Source: Ignisphaera aggregans DSM 17230
Lineage (GTDB): Archaea > Thermoproteota > Thermoprotei_A > Sulfolobales > Ignisphaeraceae
NCBI GenBank assembly: GCA_000145985.1
Contig: CP002098.1
Location: 904,182-936,181 of the forward strand
DNA length: 32,000 nucleotides
Direction: 5' to 3'
Made by a program: the position numbers and the translations under genes. The notes under the pieces are model-generated. The model was not told the origin of the DNA and made no database searches. It was given only the letters and a program-made list of their open reading frames with translations. Below, in pieces: positions 24,485 through 32,000 of the stretch (the first letter of the stretch is position 1; each line of letters starts with the position of its first letter).

Positions 24485-25081
24485 ATGTCTCATAGTATAT
24501 CTGTATCCAGACCCCGATACCAGGGCTTTAGAATATCCATACTTAGAGTATCCCTAACAGCATCTCTAACTGCTATAGCAATAGTTCTCCACATATTTAA
24601 GATACCTTTTCCTATAGCTCCATTCCTAAAATTTGATGCTACAGGTATTCCCTTAGCAGTTATAGCTCTGTATAGTGTTGGTGATGCCGCTGTAGCATCT
24701 CTAGTAGTATTGCCTAGCATTATAGCGTTGGGAGCTGATATTATTGGAGCTTCTATGAAGGTTTTAGCAGAGTTTTCAACATTTGTACCCCTTGCACCCA
24801 CATATAGTGTTCTACGCAATAGACTCTCTAGGAGGGGGCTCTATATAGTTGCAATAATGGTATCGCTAGCCTCAAGGGTGGGTGTCATGTCTTTGGCAAA
24901 CTATATAGTAACCCCATATTGGCTTGTAATGACGTATTCATGGCCTTATGATAAAGCATATAGAGTTACACTAATGTATCTTCCAGCTATAGCATCATTC
25001 AATGCAATTGTAGCTCTATATGTTGTGCCAATAGCACTATCCATATATATGATTATAGAGCGTCTGGGGATAAAGCTCTAA
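24485..25081 (+). CDS. ECF transporter S component (RibU/ECF_trnsprt-like), substrate unknown
   Basis: HIFKIPFPIAPFLKFDATGIPLAVIAL resembles the RibU-type I-P-x-P-F-L-K-[LF]-D-x-S-x-[IV]-P segment. It has six hydrophobic helices. ATG 24485 is preceded by GAGGTG (24469-24474). The stop overlaps the ATPase ATG (TAATG). Confidence 0.65.
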   Translation: MSHSISVSRPRYQGFRISILRVSLTASLTAIAIVLHIFKIPFPIAPFLKFDATGIPLAVIALYSVGDAAVASLVVLPSIIALGADIIGASMKVLAEFSTFVPLAPTYSVLRNRLSRRGLYIVAIMVSLASRVGVMSLANYIVTPYWLVMTYSWPYDKAYRVTLMYLPAIASFNAIVALYVVPIALSIYMIIERLGIKL

Positions 25082-26502
25082 TGCTAACTGTAGAGAATCT
25101 ATGGTATAGATATCCAAATAGTGATTGGATACTTAGAGGAGTAAATCTGTATCTAGATAATGAAGATATGCTTCTTGTATTGGGTAGGAGTGGATCTGGA
25201 AAATCAACTCTAGCTATAGCTCTAACAGGTATTGGGGTTCATATATATGGAGGTGAAGTGAAAGGGGATATCTATATCAATGGAAAATCTATTGAGAGTA
25301 TATCAAATAGCATAAATAGGTATATAGCTCTAGTGAGTCAAAACCCATATAACCATTTCATTGAGCATAGAGTTAGAGATGATCTCTATGGATATGCAGA
25401 GAGTATCTATGATGAGAAGGAGGCTAGTGCTATTGTTGAAAATATTGTAAAGCTTATGGATATTGAGAATATCTTAGATAGAAAATTTTTTGAGCTCTCT
25501 GGTGGAGAAGCACGGAGAGCTGCTATAGCAAAGGCATTGATATCTAATCCCAGTGTAATAATACTTGATGAACCTCTTATGTGGCTTGATGACACTGGTG
25601 TGGATTCCCTTAGAAAATCTATTAATATGCTTAAACTACTTGGAAAGTCTATTATAGTTTTAGAGCATAGATTTCTACCCCTTCTAGATCTAGCCAATAA
25701 GATATTTATTCTAAGAGATGGAGTGCTTGAGGAGATATCTAAGGATATGCTAAAGCCTAGAGAAATCCCATTGGAATATAATCATAGGAGATATAATGGA
25801 TTTTCTAAGAAGGAAGAGATTCTGAAGATTAGTAACCTATGGTTTAGATATGATGGTGAATGGATTCTTAGAGATGTGAATATGGTTGCACATCGAGGTG
25901 AACTTATAGCTTTATATGGATTGAATGGCTCTGGTAAATCCACATTACTAAAGATTATATCAGGGTATCTAAAGCCATCTAAAGGCTCTATAAAGATTTT
26001 TGGTAGAGCTATATATCTTCCACAGAATATCAATCTCTTCTTTACTGAAGCTACTGTTAGAGAGGAGATAAATGCTATATGTAAATACAATAGAATTGGA
26101 GATAAATGCCTTGGAAAAGCTATTGAGTTGCTAAGAGATTTACAGCTATATATAGATCTAGATATATCTCCATTTAACCTATCATGGGGACAAAAAATAA
26201 GATTAGCTATAGCACTATCAATGCTTATAGACAATGTAAATATTCTACTTTTTGACGAGCCTTTCACAGGTCTTACATACTATGAGAGATACTGTATAGC
26301 CAAGATAATTAACTCTCTTCCAAAGACCAAGATAGTTTCGTTAAGCTCTAGAGACTCTATACATATACTAGATATAGATGCTCTCTATATCCTCAGCAAT
26401 GGCCATCTAGAGAAGGCTAGTATAAGCGATGATCATATCTCTAAGAGTCAAACACTATCACTTGTAAATATATCTAAGAAACTCTATGGCTATGGTGAAT
26501 AG
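25081..26502 (+). CDS. ECF transporter ATPase, fused tandem A-A' (473 aa)
   Basis: Cassette 1 has GRSGSGKST, LSGGEARR, IILDEPLMWLD and LEHR. Cassette 2 has GLNGSGKST, LSWGQKIR and LLFDEPFTGL. Confidence 0.85.
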   Translation: MLTVENLWYRYPNSDWILRGVNLYLDNEDMLLVLGRSGSGKSTLAIALTGIGVHIYGGEVKGDIYINGKSIESISNSINRYIALVSQNPYNHFIEHRVRDDLYGYAESIYDEKEASAIVENIVKLMDIENILDRKFFELSGGEARRAAIAKALISNPSVIILDEPLMWLDDTGVDSLRKSINMLKLLGKSIIVLEHRFLPLLDLANKIFILRDGVLEEISKDMLKPREIPLEYNHRRYNGFSKKEEILKISNLWFRYDGEWILRDVNMVAHRGELIALYGLNGSGKSTLLKIISGYLKPSKGSIKIFGRAIYLPQNINLFFTEATVREEINAICKYNRIGDKCLGKAIELLRDLQLYIDLDISPFNLSWGQKIRLAIALSMLIDNVNILLFDEPFTGLTYYERYCIAKIINSLPKTKIVSLSSRDSIHILDIDALYILSNGHLEKASISDDHISKSQTLSLVNISKKLYGYGE

Positions 26503-27247
26503 ATTGTCTATTGTTAGAAACTTTGCATATCTATTCATATCTTCAGAGAGAAGTAGGGGTTATGGTATTGCTACAAGAATATCTATACCTATAATACTAC
26601 TATCCTCTCTCTCAATAACCTATATACTTCCTGGGAAAGCTCCTTTAGGAATCCATATACTATTTATTCTCATATATGAATTTATATTGATATGGAGATT
26701 TACAAGAATAAAGAACTTTGTTTCATCTCTAACACTAGTATTGATAATAATCGCCATAGGATTTGCAATAAATATATTATCGCCCTATATAGGTAGTCCC
26801 ATAAGTATTGATCCCCTATCACTAATTGTTTATAGTGCTAGAATGGCTGGAATAATCATTGCTCTCTCAATGATATTCCAATTGATATCATTGAGGGAGA
26901 TAGTCTATATAGCAGAGAGACTAGGGCTTTCAAAACTATCCTCTATAATAACTATAGCATTCTCACAACTACCACTAACAGCAATACAGTTCTCTGAGGC
27001 TATTACAACTATAAGACTAAAATATGGTAGGAGAGGTTTGTTTCTAGCGATAAAGCCTCTAATAATAGAGACAATACTTAACAGTAGATCTATTGCAGAA
27101 TCACTATATCTATATGGTTTGCCAAAGATACAAAAACCAATATTGTTTAATCCTCGTAGAGATTTTCCACTACTAATATCATCTATAGTAGTATCGATAA
27201 CACCTATTGTAATCCCGTTAGAAGTGTATATTCAACCCCTTGGCTAA
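26486..27247 (+). CDS. ECF transporter T component (EcfT/CbiQ family)
   Basis: 253-aa polytopic protein overlapping the ATPase 3' end. The coupling-helix-like segments are SEAITTIRLKYGRRGLF and SRSIAESLYLYGL (A-x-x-x-R/G motifs). Confidence 0.7.
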   Translation: MAMVNRLSIVRNFAYLFISSERSRGYGIATRISIPIILLSSLSITYILPGKAPLGIHILFILIYEFILIWRFTRIKNFVSSLTLVLIIIAIGFAINILSPYIGSPISIDPLSLIVYSARMAGIIIALSMIFQLISLREIVYIAERLGLSKLSSIITIAFSQLPLTAIQFSEAITTIRLKYGRRGLFLAIKPLIIETILNSRSIAESLYLYGLPKIQKPILFNPRRDFPLLISSIVVSITPIVIPLEVYIQPLG

Positions 27248-27319
27248 CCATATCATTGTTTCACAAACAATATACATTTCTATGATGGTGCCCCTAACCA
27301 ATATACTATGGTTATCAGA

Positions 27320-27736
27320 TTATGGGCTATCCAGGCGTTTCCACATTCTTCTGGTTCTAGTATAGAGCTTAGCTATATCTCTAGATAATCTCTCAATCCT
27401 TTCACTGCTAATAATTTTAATACCTTCTATAAGTGCTGATAACACTAGTGGATTTCCCTTTTTAGCCATCGACTCTACCTCTCTATAGCTATAGATAAAT
27501 ATATCTGTACCTCGAACCCCAAGCTCTGTAGCAATAGCAAATCTTTCTAAGACGCCATATTTCTCAGCTTCATCAACAACTATGAGTATATCTATATCGC
27601 TCCACTCACCACCTCTACCCCTACTCCAAGACCCAAATACCACTACAGCCTCTATCTGAGGAAATTTTGCTGAAATCCTTCTAACAACTTCCTCTACAAC
27701 TCTAGCCCAAGATTTTTCAAATGTTTTCTCACCCAC
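27320..27736 (-). CDS. minimal nucleotidyltransferase (MNT) antitoxin-type protein
   Basis: VVVFGSWSRGRGGEWSDIDILIVV is the G-S-x(n)-D-x-D Pol-beta-type nucleotidyltransferase motif. GTG is the only plausible start, giving a 43-nt overlap with the upstream HEPN gene. Confidence 0.85.
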   Translation of the reverse strand: MGEKTFEKSWARVVEEVVRRISAKFPQIEAVVVFGSWSRGRGGEWSDIDILIVVDEAEKYGVLERFAIATELGVRGTDIFIYSYREVESMAKKGNPLVLSALIEGIKIISSERIERLSRDIAKLYTRTRRMWKRLDSP

Positions 27737-28107
27737 TCAATAATCACCTCAGCACCTCTAATAGCTCTCTCAGCAGTATGAATATCATAGTACATACCAG
27801 GATAGCCAGATTCAAAAGCATTGGGATATCTCGATGGTATGTAATGTCTATCAAGCTCTCTCGCAACTACATAGAGTTCTTCATCTATAACAACAATCTC
27901 TTTTAGATAGTCAAAAAGCTCAACTAGGCTATGACCCCATACACTTCTGCCATAAGCATAGAGTAGAGCCTTAAGAGCTTTCTCAGCTGCTTGTTGAGAT
28001 TGAAAACAGCTCCATTCATAATTACCATCCTTAGCACTATCTCGTGCTGCCTTAAGATCTCTCAATGCTTGTGCAAACCACCTTCTAGCTTCTTCAAATC
28101 TTTCCAT
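27694..28107 (-). CDS. HEPN domain protein (toxin-type partner of MNT)
   Basis: 137-aa four-helix protein. The N-terminal ARRWFAQALRDLKAA and the ELDRHYIPSRYPN motif (R-x4-6-H region) are typical of HEPN (PF05168-type) proteins paired with MNT. Confidence 0.85.
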   Translation of the reverse strand: MERFEEARRWFAQALRDLKAARDSAKDGNYEWSCFQSQQAAEKALKALLYAYGRSVWGHSLVELFDYLKEIVVIDEELYVVARELDRHYIPSRYPNAFESGYPGMYYDIHTAERAIRGAEVIIEWVRKHLKNLGLEL

Positions 28108-28215
28108 ATCTAAAACATCCTTTTAATCCACTCTATATCAAGCTCTATAAAACATTACCCTATAGCACTTATAGCCTTTACGCTATTCCAAAAAGTACTA
28201 AAAGTCTATGTTGTT

Positions 28216-28971
28216 TCAAAGGGTTTCTCCAGACCATTCAACTATTTCTTGTACAACCCTAGATTTCGATGTTATTGTTGAGAATACATGGCCTCCCTCA
28301 TCTAGTAGAACTAGTTTCTTCTTCTCTATTCTTAGCCTATTGTAGAATTCTATAGATTGTGTATGTGGAACTACTTCATCGTTTTTAGCATGGATTAAGA
28401 GTGTAGGTGATTCAATGTTTTCAGCTAGATCCATAGCATTTGACTTTAATATTGACTCTACACCCTCCTTCTTCAATCTATATGCACCAAAGACAAAATA
28501 TCCATTAATCTTTGGCAACCTATCTATTGCCTGCTCAAGAAGTTTACCAATATCTATAGCTGGTGCAAGTAGTATAAGACTAGATATCCTATCTTTAAAT
28601 CTATATGCTGTCTTTATAGCTATATGTCCACCCATACTAAGACCTATCAAACCTATTTTCGATGGCCTAAATACATTTTCTACATATCTAATAGCATTTT
28701 CAGCATCCTCTAGGGCATAGTCAAGTTTAAATTCCTCAAATGGTAATGGACTATCTCCATGACATCTAAAATCAAATCTAAGTACAGCTTTTCCATCGCT
28801 ACATAAAGCTCTTGCTATATCTACAAAAAGTCTATTTGCCTCGACTTTATTACCTGTAAATCCGTGGAACATTACTGTAAAAGAGTTGAAGCCTGTTGAA
28901 GGTATGTGAATAACTCCAAAAAGTTCATAATTATTACTCAAAAAAGTTATAGGTTTCTCTATACAGACCAT
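28216..28971 (-). CDS. alpha/beta hydrolase (serine hydrolase)
   Basis: HGFTGN oxyanion region, nucleophile elbow GLSMGGHIA (GxSxG), an acid in HAKNDEVVP and a His in DEGGHVF. I prefer ATG 28971 (MVCIEKPITF); an upstream ATG at 29025 would add a hydrophobic 18-aa extension. Confidence 0.8.
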   Translation of the reverse strand: MVCIEKPITFLSNNYELFGVIHIPSTGFNSFTVMFHGFTGNKVEANRLFVDIARALCSDGKAVLRFDFRCHGDSPLPFEEFKLDYALEDAENAIRYVENVFRPSKIGLIGLSMGGHIAIKTAYRFKDRISSLILLAPAIDIGKLLEQAIDRLPKINGYFVFGAYRLKKEGVESILKSNAMDLAENIESPTLLIHAKNDEVVPHTQSIEFYNRLRIEKKKLVLLDEGGHVFSTITSKSRVVQEIVEWSGETL

Positions 28972-29066
28972 AAAAACCACATATAGAGATAGACTAAGAC
29001 AAATATAAAAATCTATGATATACATAAAAAAGAATATTGTTTTATATCAGATTATAGTTATTATTT

Positions 29067-29300
29067 TTAGAGTATCTTTACCCCTTCTGGACCTATTTCA
29101 TAACATATAAATGCGTTTACAAATGGAGTACATACAGTCTCTCTGCTATTCCTCTTTCTATTACTAATATAGTTTATTACTGAGGTTGCTTCTGATATTC
29201 TTTCCTCTTTAGTAGTCTTATGTTCACCAAATATCTTTGTAATGCTCTTTATCTCTCTAATAGTGTTATTGAGTATTCCAGTTATACTCGCTCTTGCCAT
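29067..29300 (-). CDS. hypothetical small protein
   Basis: 77-80 aa ORF (ATG 29300 or GTG 29309), 41 nt upstream of and co-oriented with the hydrolase gene. No recognisable motif. Confidence 0.3.
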   Translation of the reverse strand: MARASITGILNNTIREIKSITKIFGEHKTTKEERISEATSVINYISNRKRNSRETVCTPFVNAFICYEIGPEGVKIL

Positions 29301-29469
29301 GTCTACCACCTGTTCCGAGTATAGTATACTGATAACACTCTTATATGCTGTGCGGTACTATCAGATATAATATGTTATAATGAGTGTAGCTGTTATACTT
29401 ATTTACCTAGTTTTATCCATATCTATGTATACTATAGCTTTATTTAGTTATGTCTAATTGTTATTTCTG

Positions 29470-30201
29470 GTGAATAGTTTGATTGGACCTATTCATATCA
29501 AGGCAAAGAAGGGTGAAGTAGCTGAGAGAGTTATTATAGCTGGAGATCCTGCTAGAGTAGAACAAGTTGCATCTATGCTTAGTGATGTAAGGCTTGTGAA
29601 TAGGAATAGAGGATTGTTGGTATATACAGGGAAGTATAAGGATGTACCAGTATCTGTAGCTATGCATGGTGTTGGACATCCATCGTCTATGCTCGTAGTT
29701 GAGGAATTAATAATGCTTGGTGCAAAGATTATCATAAGATTTGGAACCTGTGGTGCTATGGTGAAAGGGCTTAGGATAGGTGATATAGTTATACCAACAG
29801 CTGCTGCGTACCATCCTGGTGGAGCTTTCTATCAGTATCTAAGAGATAATGTATGTATGGCATGTGCACCTAATTTCGAGGTTCTTAAAACTCTTGTTGA
29901 AGAAACTATAAAGGCTAATGTAAACTATGTTGTAGGACCTATAGTGAGTAGTGATGCTTTCTATGCAGAGGATCCAGAGTTTGTTAAGAGGTGGACTAGT
30001 AGAGGTATTGTTGCAGTTGAGATGGAGTGTGCAGGTCTATTCATGTTAGGTGCAATGAGAAATATAAAAACAGGTGCACTTCTAATGGTCAGCGATTCTC
30101 TTGTTGAGGAACTAGGCTTTGCCTCTGCAGAAGAGCTTAAGGGATATGTTGATAGAGCTGCAAAGATAGTGTTAGAATCCATATTAAGAGTATCACCCTA
30201 A
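29470..30201 (+). CDS. nucleoside phosphorylase, PNP/UDP family (DeoD/MTAP-I-like)
   Basis: PIHIKAKKGEVAERVIIAGDPARV, HGVGHPS, IIRFGTCGA and AVEMECAGLF are the conserved blocks of hexameric purine/uridine nucleoside phosphorylases. The start is uncertain (TTG 29458, GTG 29470 or TTG 29479). Confidence 0.85.
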   Translation: MNSLIGPIHIKAKKGEVAERVIIAGDPARVEQVASMLSDVRLVNRNRGLLVYTGKYKDVPVSVAMHGVGHPSSMLVVEELIMLGAKIIIRFGTCGAMVKGLRIGDIVIPTAAAYHPGGAFYQYLRDNVCMACAPNFEVLKTLVEETIKANVNYVVGPIVSSDAFYAEDPEFVKRWTSRGIVAVEMECAGLFMLGAMRNIKTGALLMVSDSLVEELGFASAEELKGYVDRAAKIVLESILRVSP

Positions 30202-30262
30202 ATAAAGATAATTATAGTTTTTCTCATAAAATATATATAGTATTTTTATCAAAGAATAATTG

Positions 30263-31105
30263 ATGAAAATGTCTAATAGCATCAAGGATATAATAATAGT
30301 AATCATATTAAGCATATTGGGAGGAATCTTCAAAATACTTGGAGGATTACTTGGAAATTCAAAATCTGTATTTGTAGATGCTATGACCTCTATAGCTAAC
30401 ACCATATCAATTCTATTAATATATAAATACTTTAGGATGAGCTTAGAGCCTCCAGATAGAGATCATCTATATGGTCATCATAGACTTGCCCTAGGAGGAT
30501 CTATATCAACACTACTTCTATATTCATTTGTTGGAGGAATAATCTTGCTAGATATTGTTGAAGGTCTTGGAACTACATATACAGTATATATCTATGCCCC
30601 AATATTCGCTACACTAGGAATGGCTCCATATCTAATAGGTATAGCTATATCTAGAAGGATAGGAGGTTCAGCTATACTCTATGCAAGATTTACAGTTATA
30701 GAGCTTATAGAGGGTTTAACAACAGTATTTGCATCTCTTGGGGGAGTATTTGTTAGCTATATAATAGATTTTGTAGGTGCTATAGCCCTAGCCTCATATC
30801 TATTCATAGAACTTGTGAAAAGCTTTAGAGAAATACTATCATTAGTAAGTGATGAAGCACCAAAAGAAATTGTTGAAAAGGTAAGGGAATCTATAGAGAA
30901 ATATGGTGTAGAATTTGATAAGATTAGAATTAGAAGAATAGTTGAAGATGTTTACCATGGCGATATAGTTTTAAAACTTCCTCCAAATACAGATATTGAA
31001 ACAGCTCATAGAATCGCTGATTCTATAGAAAATGATCTGAAGAAGAATTTAGGGATAGATGTAACTATACATATAGAACCAAATGAGGGAAATGGAAATT
31101 GGTAG
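30263..31105 (+). CDS. cation diffusion facilitator (CDF) family metal transporter
   Basis: TM2 has DAMTSIANTISIL. The motif PPDRDHLYGHHRLA matches CDF D-x-x-H-P-[FY]-G-x-x-R-x-E. The C-terminal cytoplasmic domain is YHGDIVLKLP...AHRIADSIENDLKK...VTIHIEP. ATG at 30263. Confidence 0.8.
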   Translation: MKMSNSIKDIIIVIILSILGGIFKILGGLLGNSKSVFVDAMTSIANTISILLIYKYFRMSLEPPDRDHLYGHHRLALGGSISTLLLYSFVGGIILLDIVEGLGTTYTVYIYAPIFATLGMAPYLIGIAISRRIGGSAILYARFTVIELIEGLTTVFASLGGVFVSYIIDFVGAIALASYLFIELVKSFREILSLVSDEAPKEIVEKVRESIEKYGVEFDKIRIRRIVEDVYHGDIVLKLPPNTDIETAHRIADSIENDLKKNLGIDVTIHIEPNEGNGNW

Positions 31106-31107
31106 AA

Positions 31108-31692
31108 CTATGCCCCTCTAAGCTTTCTCCAAAGCCCATAGCACTGAACTCTCCATACATCTCTAACAATCTTTAGATTATTTTCATCTCTTAACATCTT
31201 ATATAGATATTCAATAGAATTCCTCACAGTTTTAATAGACAGAATATCATCTTCATATGCACATACAGCTTGGAGTACTGCTTCATATAAATCACTATCT
31301 AGATCGTCTAGATATACCTCTATATATCCAAGATCTTGAAACATTTTCCTCGAACCTATATTACCAGATCTTGTTGATGCTACATAGTAACCTAGGGAGT
31401 CTGAGTCAAGGAGTTCTTCTATTGATGATACTATCATCTTACCTATCCCTTTACCCCTATATCTTTCATCAACTGCTACATAGTATATTACACCAATTGC
31501 ATATGGTTTGAGATCCACTTTATAAAATACTCCTACACCTACAACATCTCTATCTAGAGCAACAACACCTCCACATCTACCAATATCTATACATGCAGAT
31601 GCATAGTATGCATGAAACCAGCCCATAGACCTCTCTATAACATTTCTAATAATATCAATACAATCACTATAACATTCCTTGACAATCACCAT
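31108..31692 (-). CDS. GNAT family N-acetyltransferase
   Basis: YVAVDERYRGKGIGKMIV is the GNAT motif A (R/Q-x-x-G-x-G/A acetyl-CoA pyrophosphate loop). I prefer ATG 31692 (MVIVKECY). Confidence 0.75.
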   Translation of the reverse strand: MVIVKECYSDCIDIIRNVIERSMGWFHAYYASACIDIGRCGGVVALDRDVVGVGVFYKVDLKPYAIGVIYYVAVDERYRGKGIGKMIVSSIEELLDSDSLGYYVASTRSGNIGSRKMFQDLGYIEVYLDDLDSDLYEAVLQAVCAYEDDILSIKTVRNSIEYLYKMLRDENNLKIVRDVWRVQCYGLWRKLRGA

Positions 31693-31912
31693 TCTCAACC
31701 TCTATAGCTGAAATATCTGCTACAGTCTTAAATTATTTATTAGGCTAGTATATTTATAGAATATAGTGTAATCTTTTGATGTACTTGGTTTTAGTAGCGC
31801 AAAGCTTATAAACCGGCTTTTATATTTTAAAAGCTCGAGATATAAGTTTTATGGGTGTGAGAATATTTCATCTCTTGATTCCTTGCATAGAGAGCTCTAT
31901 TCAAAGTATATA

Positions 31913-32000
31913 ATGGATTTAGGTAATCCAAATATCTCTGTAAAGATAGAGAATATAGTAGCTACAGTCTCGGTAGATCAAACAATAGATCTAGACTACC
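31913..32000 (+). CDS. tbp: TATA-box binding protein, 5' end only (truncated by window edge)
   Basis: This ORF is not in the supplied ORF track. ATG 31913 opens MDLGNPNISVKIENIVATVSVDQTIDLDY, which matches the N-terminal archaeal TBP repeat (K-I-E-N-I-V-A-[ST]-V-x-[LV]-x-Q-x-[LI]-D-L). The frame runs off the window. Confidence 0.75.
   Translation, partial: MDLGNPNISVKIENIVATVSVDQTIDLDY

Noticed and set aside
25407-26267. Two minus-strand ORFs (96 and 161 aa)
   Set aside because: They are antisense to the fused ECF ATPase, which carries complete Walker/signature motifs. They are shadow ORFs.
27255-27271. Perfect 7-bp hairpin ATTGTTT-CAC-AAACAAT just after the EcfT stop, considered as a terminator
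   Set aside because: Archaeal termination relies mainly on oligo-T tracts and only TTT follows. The stem is all A/T-rich and weak, so there is not enough support to call a terminator.
29329-29364. Inverted repeat CTGATA ... TATCAG upstream of the small ORF and phosphorylase
   Set aside because: It has only 6-bp arms with a 24-nt loop and no extension of pairing. This is expected by chance in AT-rich DNA.
376-30405. Remaining short shadow ORFs in the track (376-666, 2609-2884, 2808-3029, 4099-4308, 6151-6414, 8095-8352, 11874-12116, 13327-13641, 16444-16683, 16742-16933, 17720-17911, 18461-18727, 19895-20113, 20114-20299, 20399-20680, 21950-22210, 23392-23766, 24490-24819, 27721-27906, 28415-28720, 29461-29679, 29493-29735, 29961-30182, 30193-30405) plus 31257-31511
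   Set aside because: Each lies antisense to or out of frame within a longer ORF with clear family motifs, and none shows a motif of its own.
31852-31893. Short ORF MGVRIFHLLIPCI upstream of TBP
   Set aside because: It is 13 codons long, in a different frame from TBP and has no motif. It probably lies within the TBP leader or promoter region.
1-32000. Looked for tRNA/rRNA genes, CRISPR arrays, integrases/transposases and terminal inverted repeats
   Set aside because: The only intergenic GC-rich islands are the sRNA guides at 2417-2458 and 2515-2552. There are no cloverleaf-compatible segments, no repeat-spacer arrays, no recombinase-like ORFs and no flanking direct repeats suggesting an island.

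Overview
Visibly AT-rich, very gene-dense archaeal chromosomal segment. I saw no rRNA, tRNA, CRISPR array or mobile element. Archaeal (probably hyperthermophilic crenarchaeal) hallmarks: a TBP gene at the right edge, two C/D-box sRNA genes, TATA-like boxes about 25-30 nt upstream of starts, many GTG/TTG starts preceded by GGTG-type Shine-Dalgarno sequences inside operons, and a Ser/Pro/Thr-stalked, C-terminally anchored solute-binding protein. Left to right: a 5'-truncated ABC-2 permease; a short GT35 alpha-glucan phosphorylase; a divergent pair of C/D-box sRNAs; a five-gene Opp/Dpp-type ABC importer with a 923-aa binding protein; a translin/TRAX-like protein; birA divergent from a bioY ECF biotin transporter; a ~10 kb block (14.3-24.2 kb) described below; a second ECF transporter (RibU-like S, fused A-A', T); a HEPN-MNT toxin-antitoxin pair; an alpha/beta hydrolase; a nucleoside phosphorylase; a CDF transporter; a GNAT acetyltransferase; and the start of TBP. 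In the 10 kb block, three tightly coupled operons hold a MoxR AAA+ ATPase, DUF58, two BatA-like vWA membrane proteins, a double PRC-barrel protein, two orphan membrane proteins and two complete ABC-2 exporters. This block is my best candidate for an undescribed system. All family calls come from motif recognition by eye; no searches were run, and start codons are best guesses.
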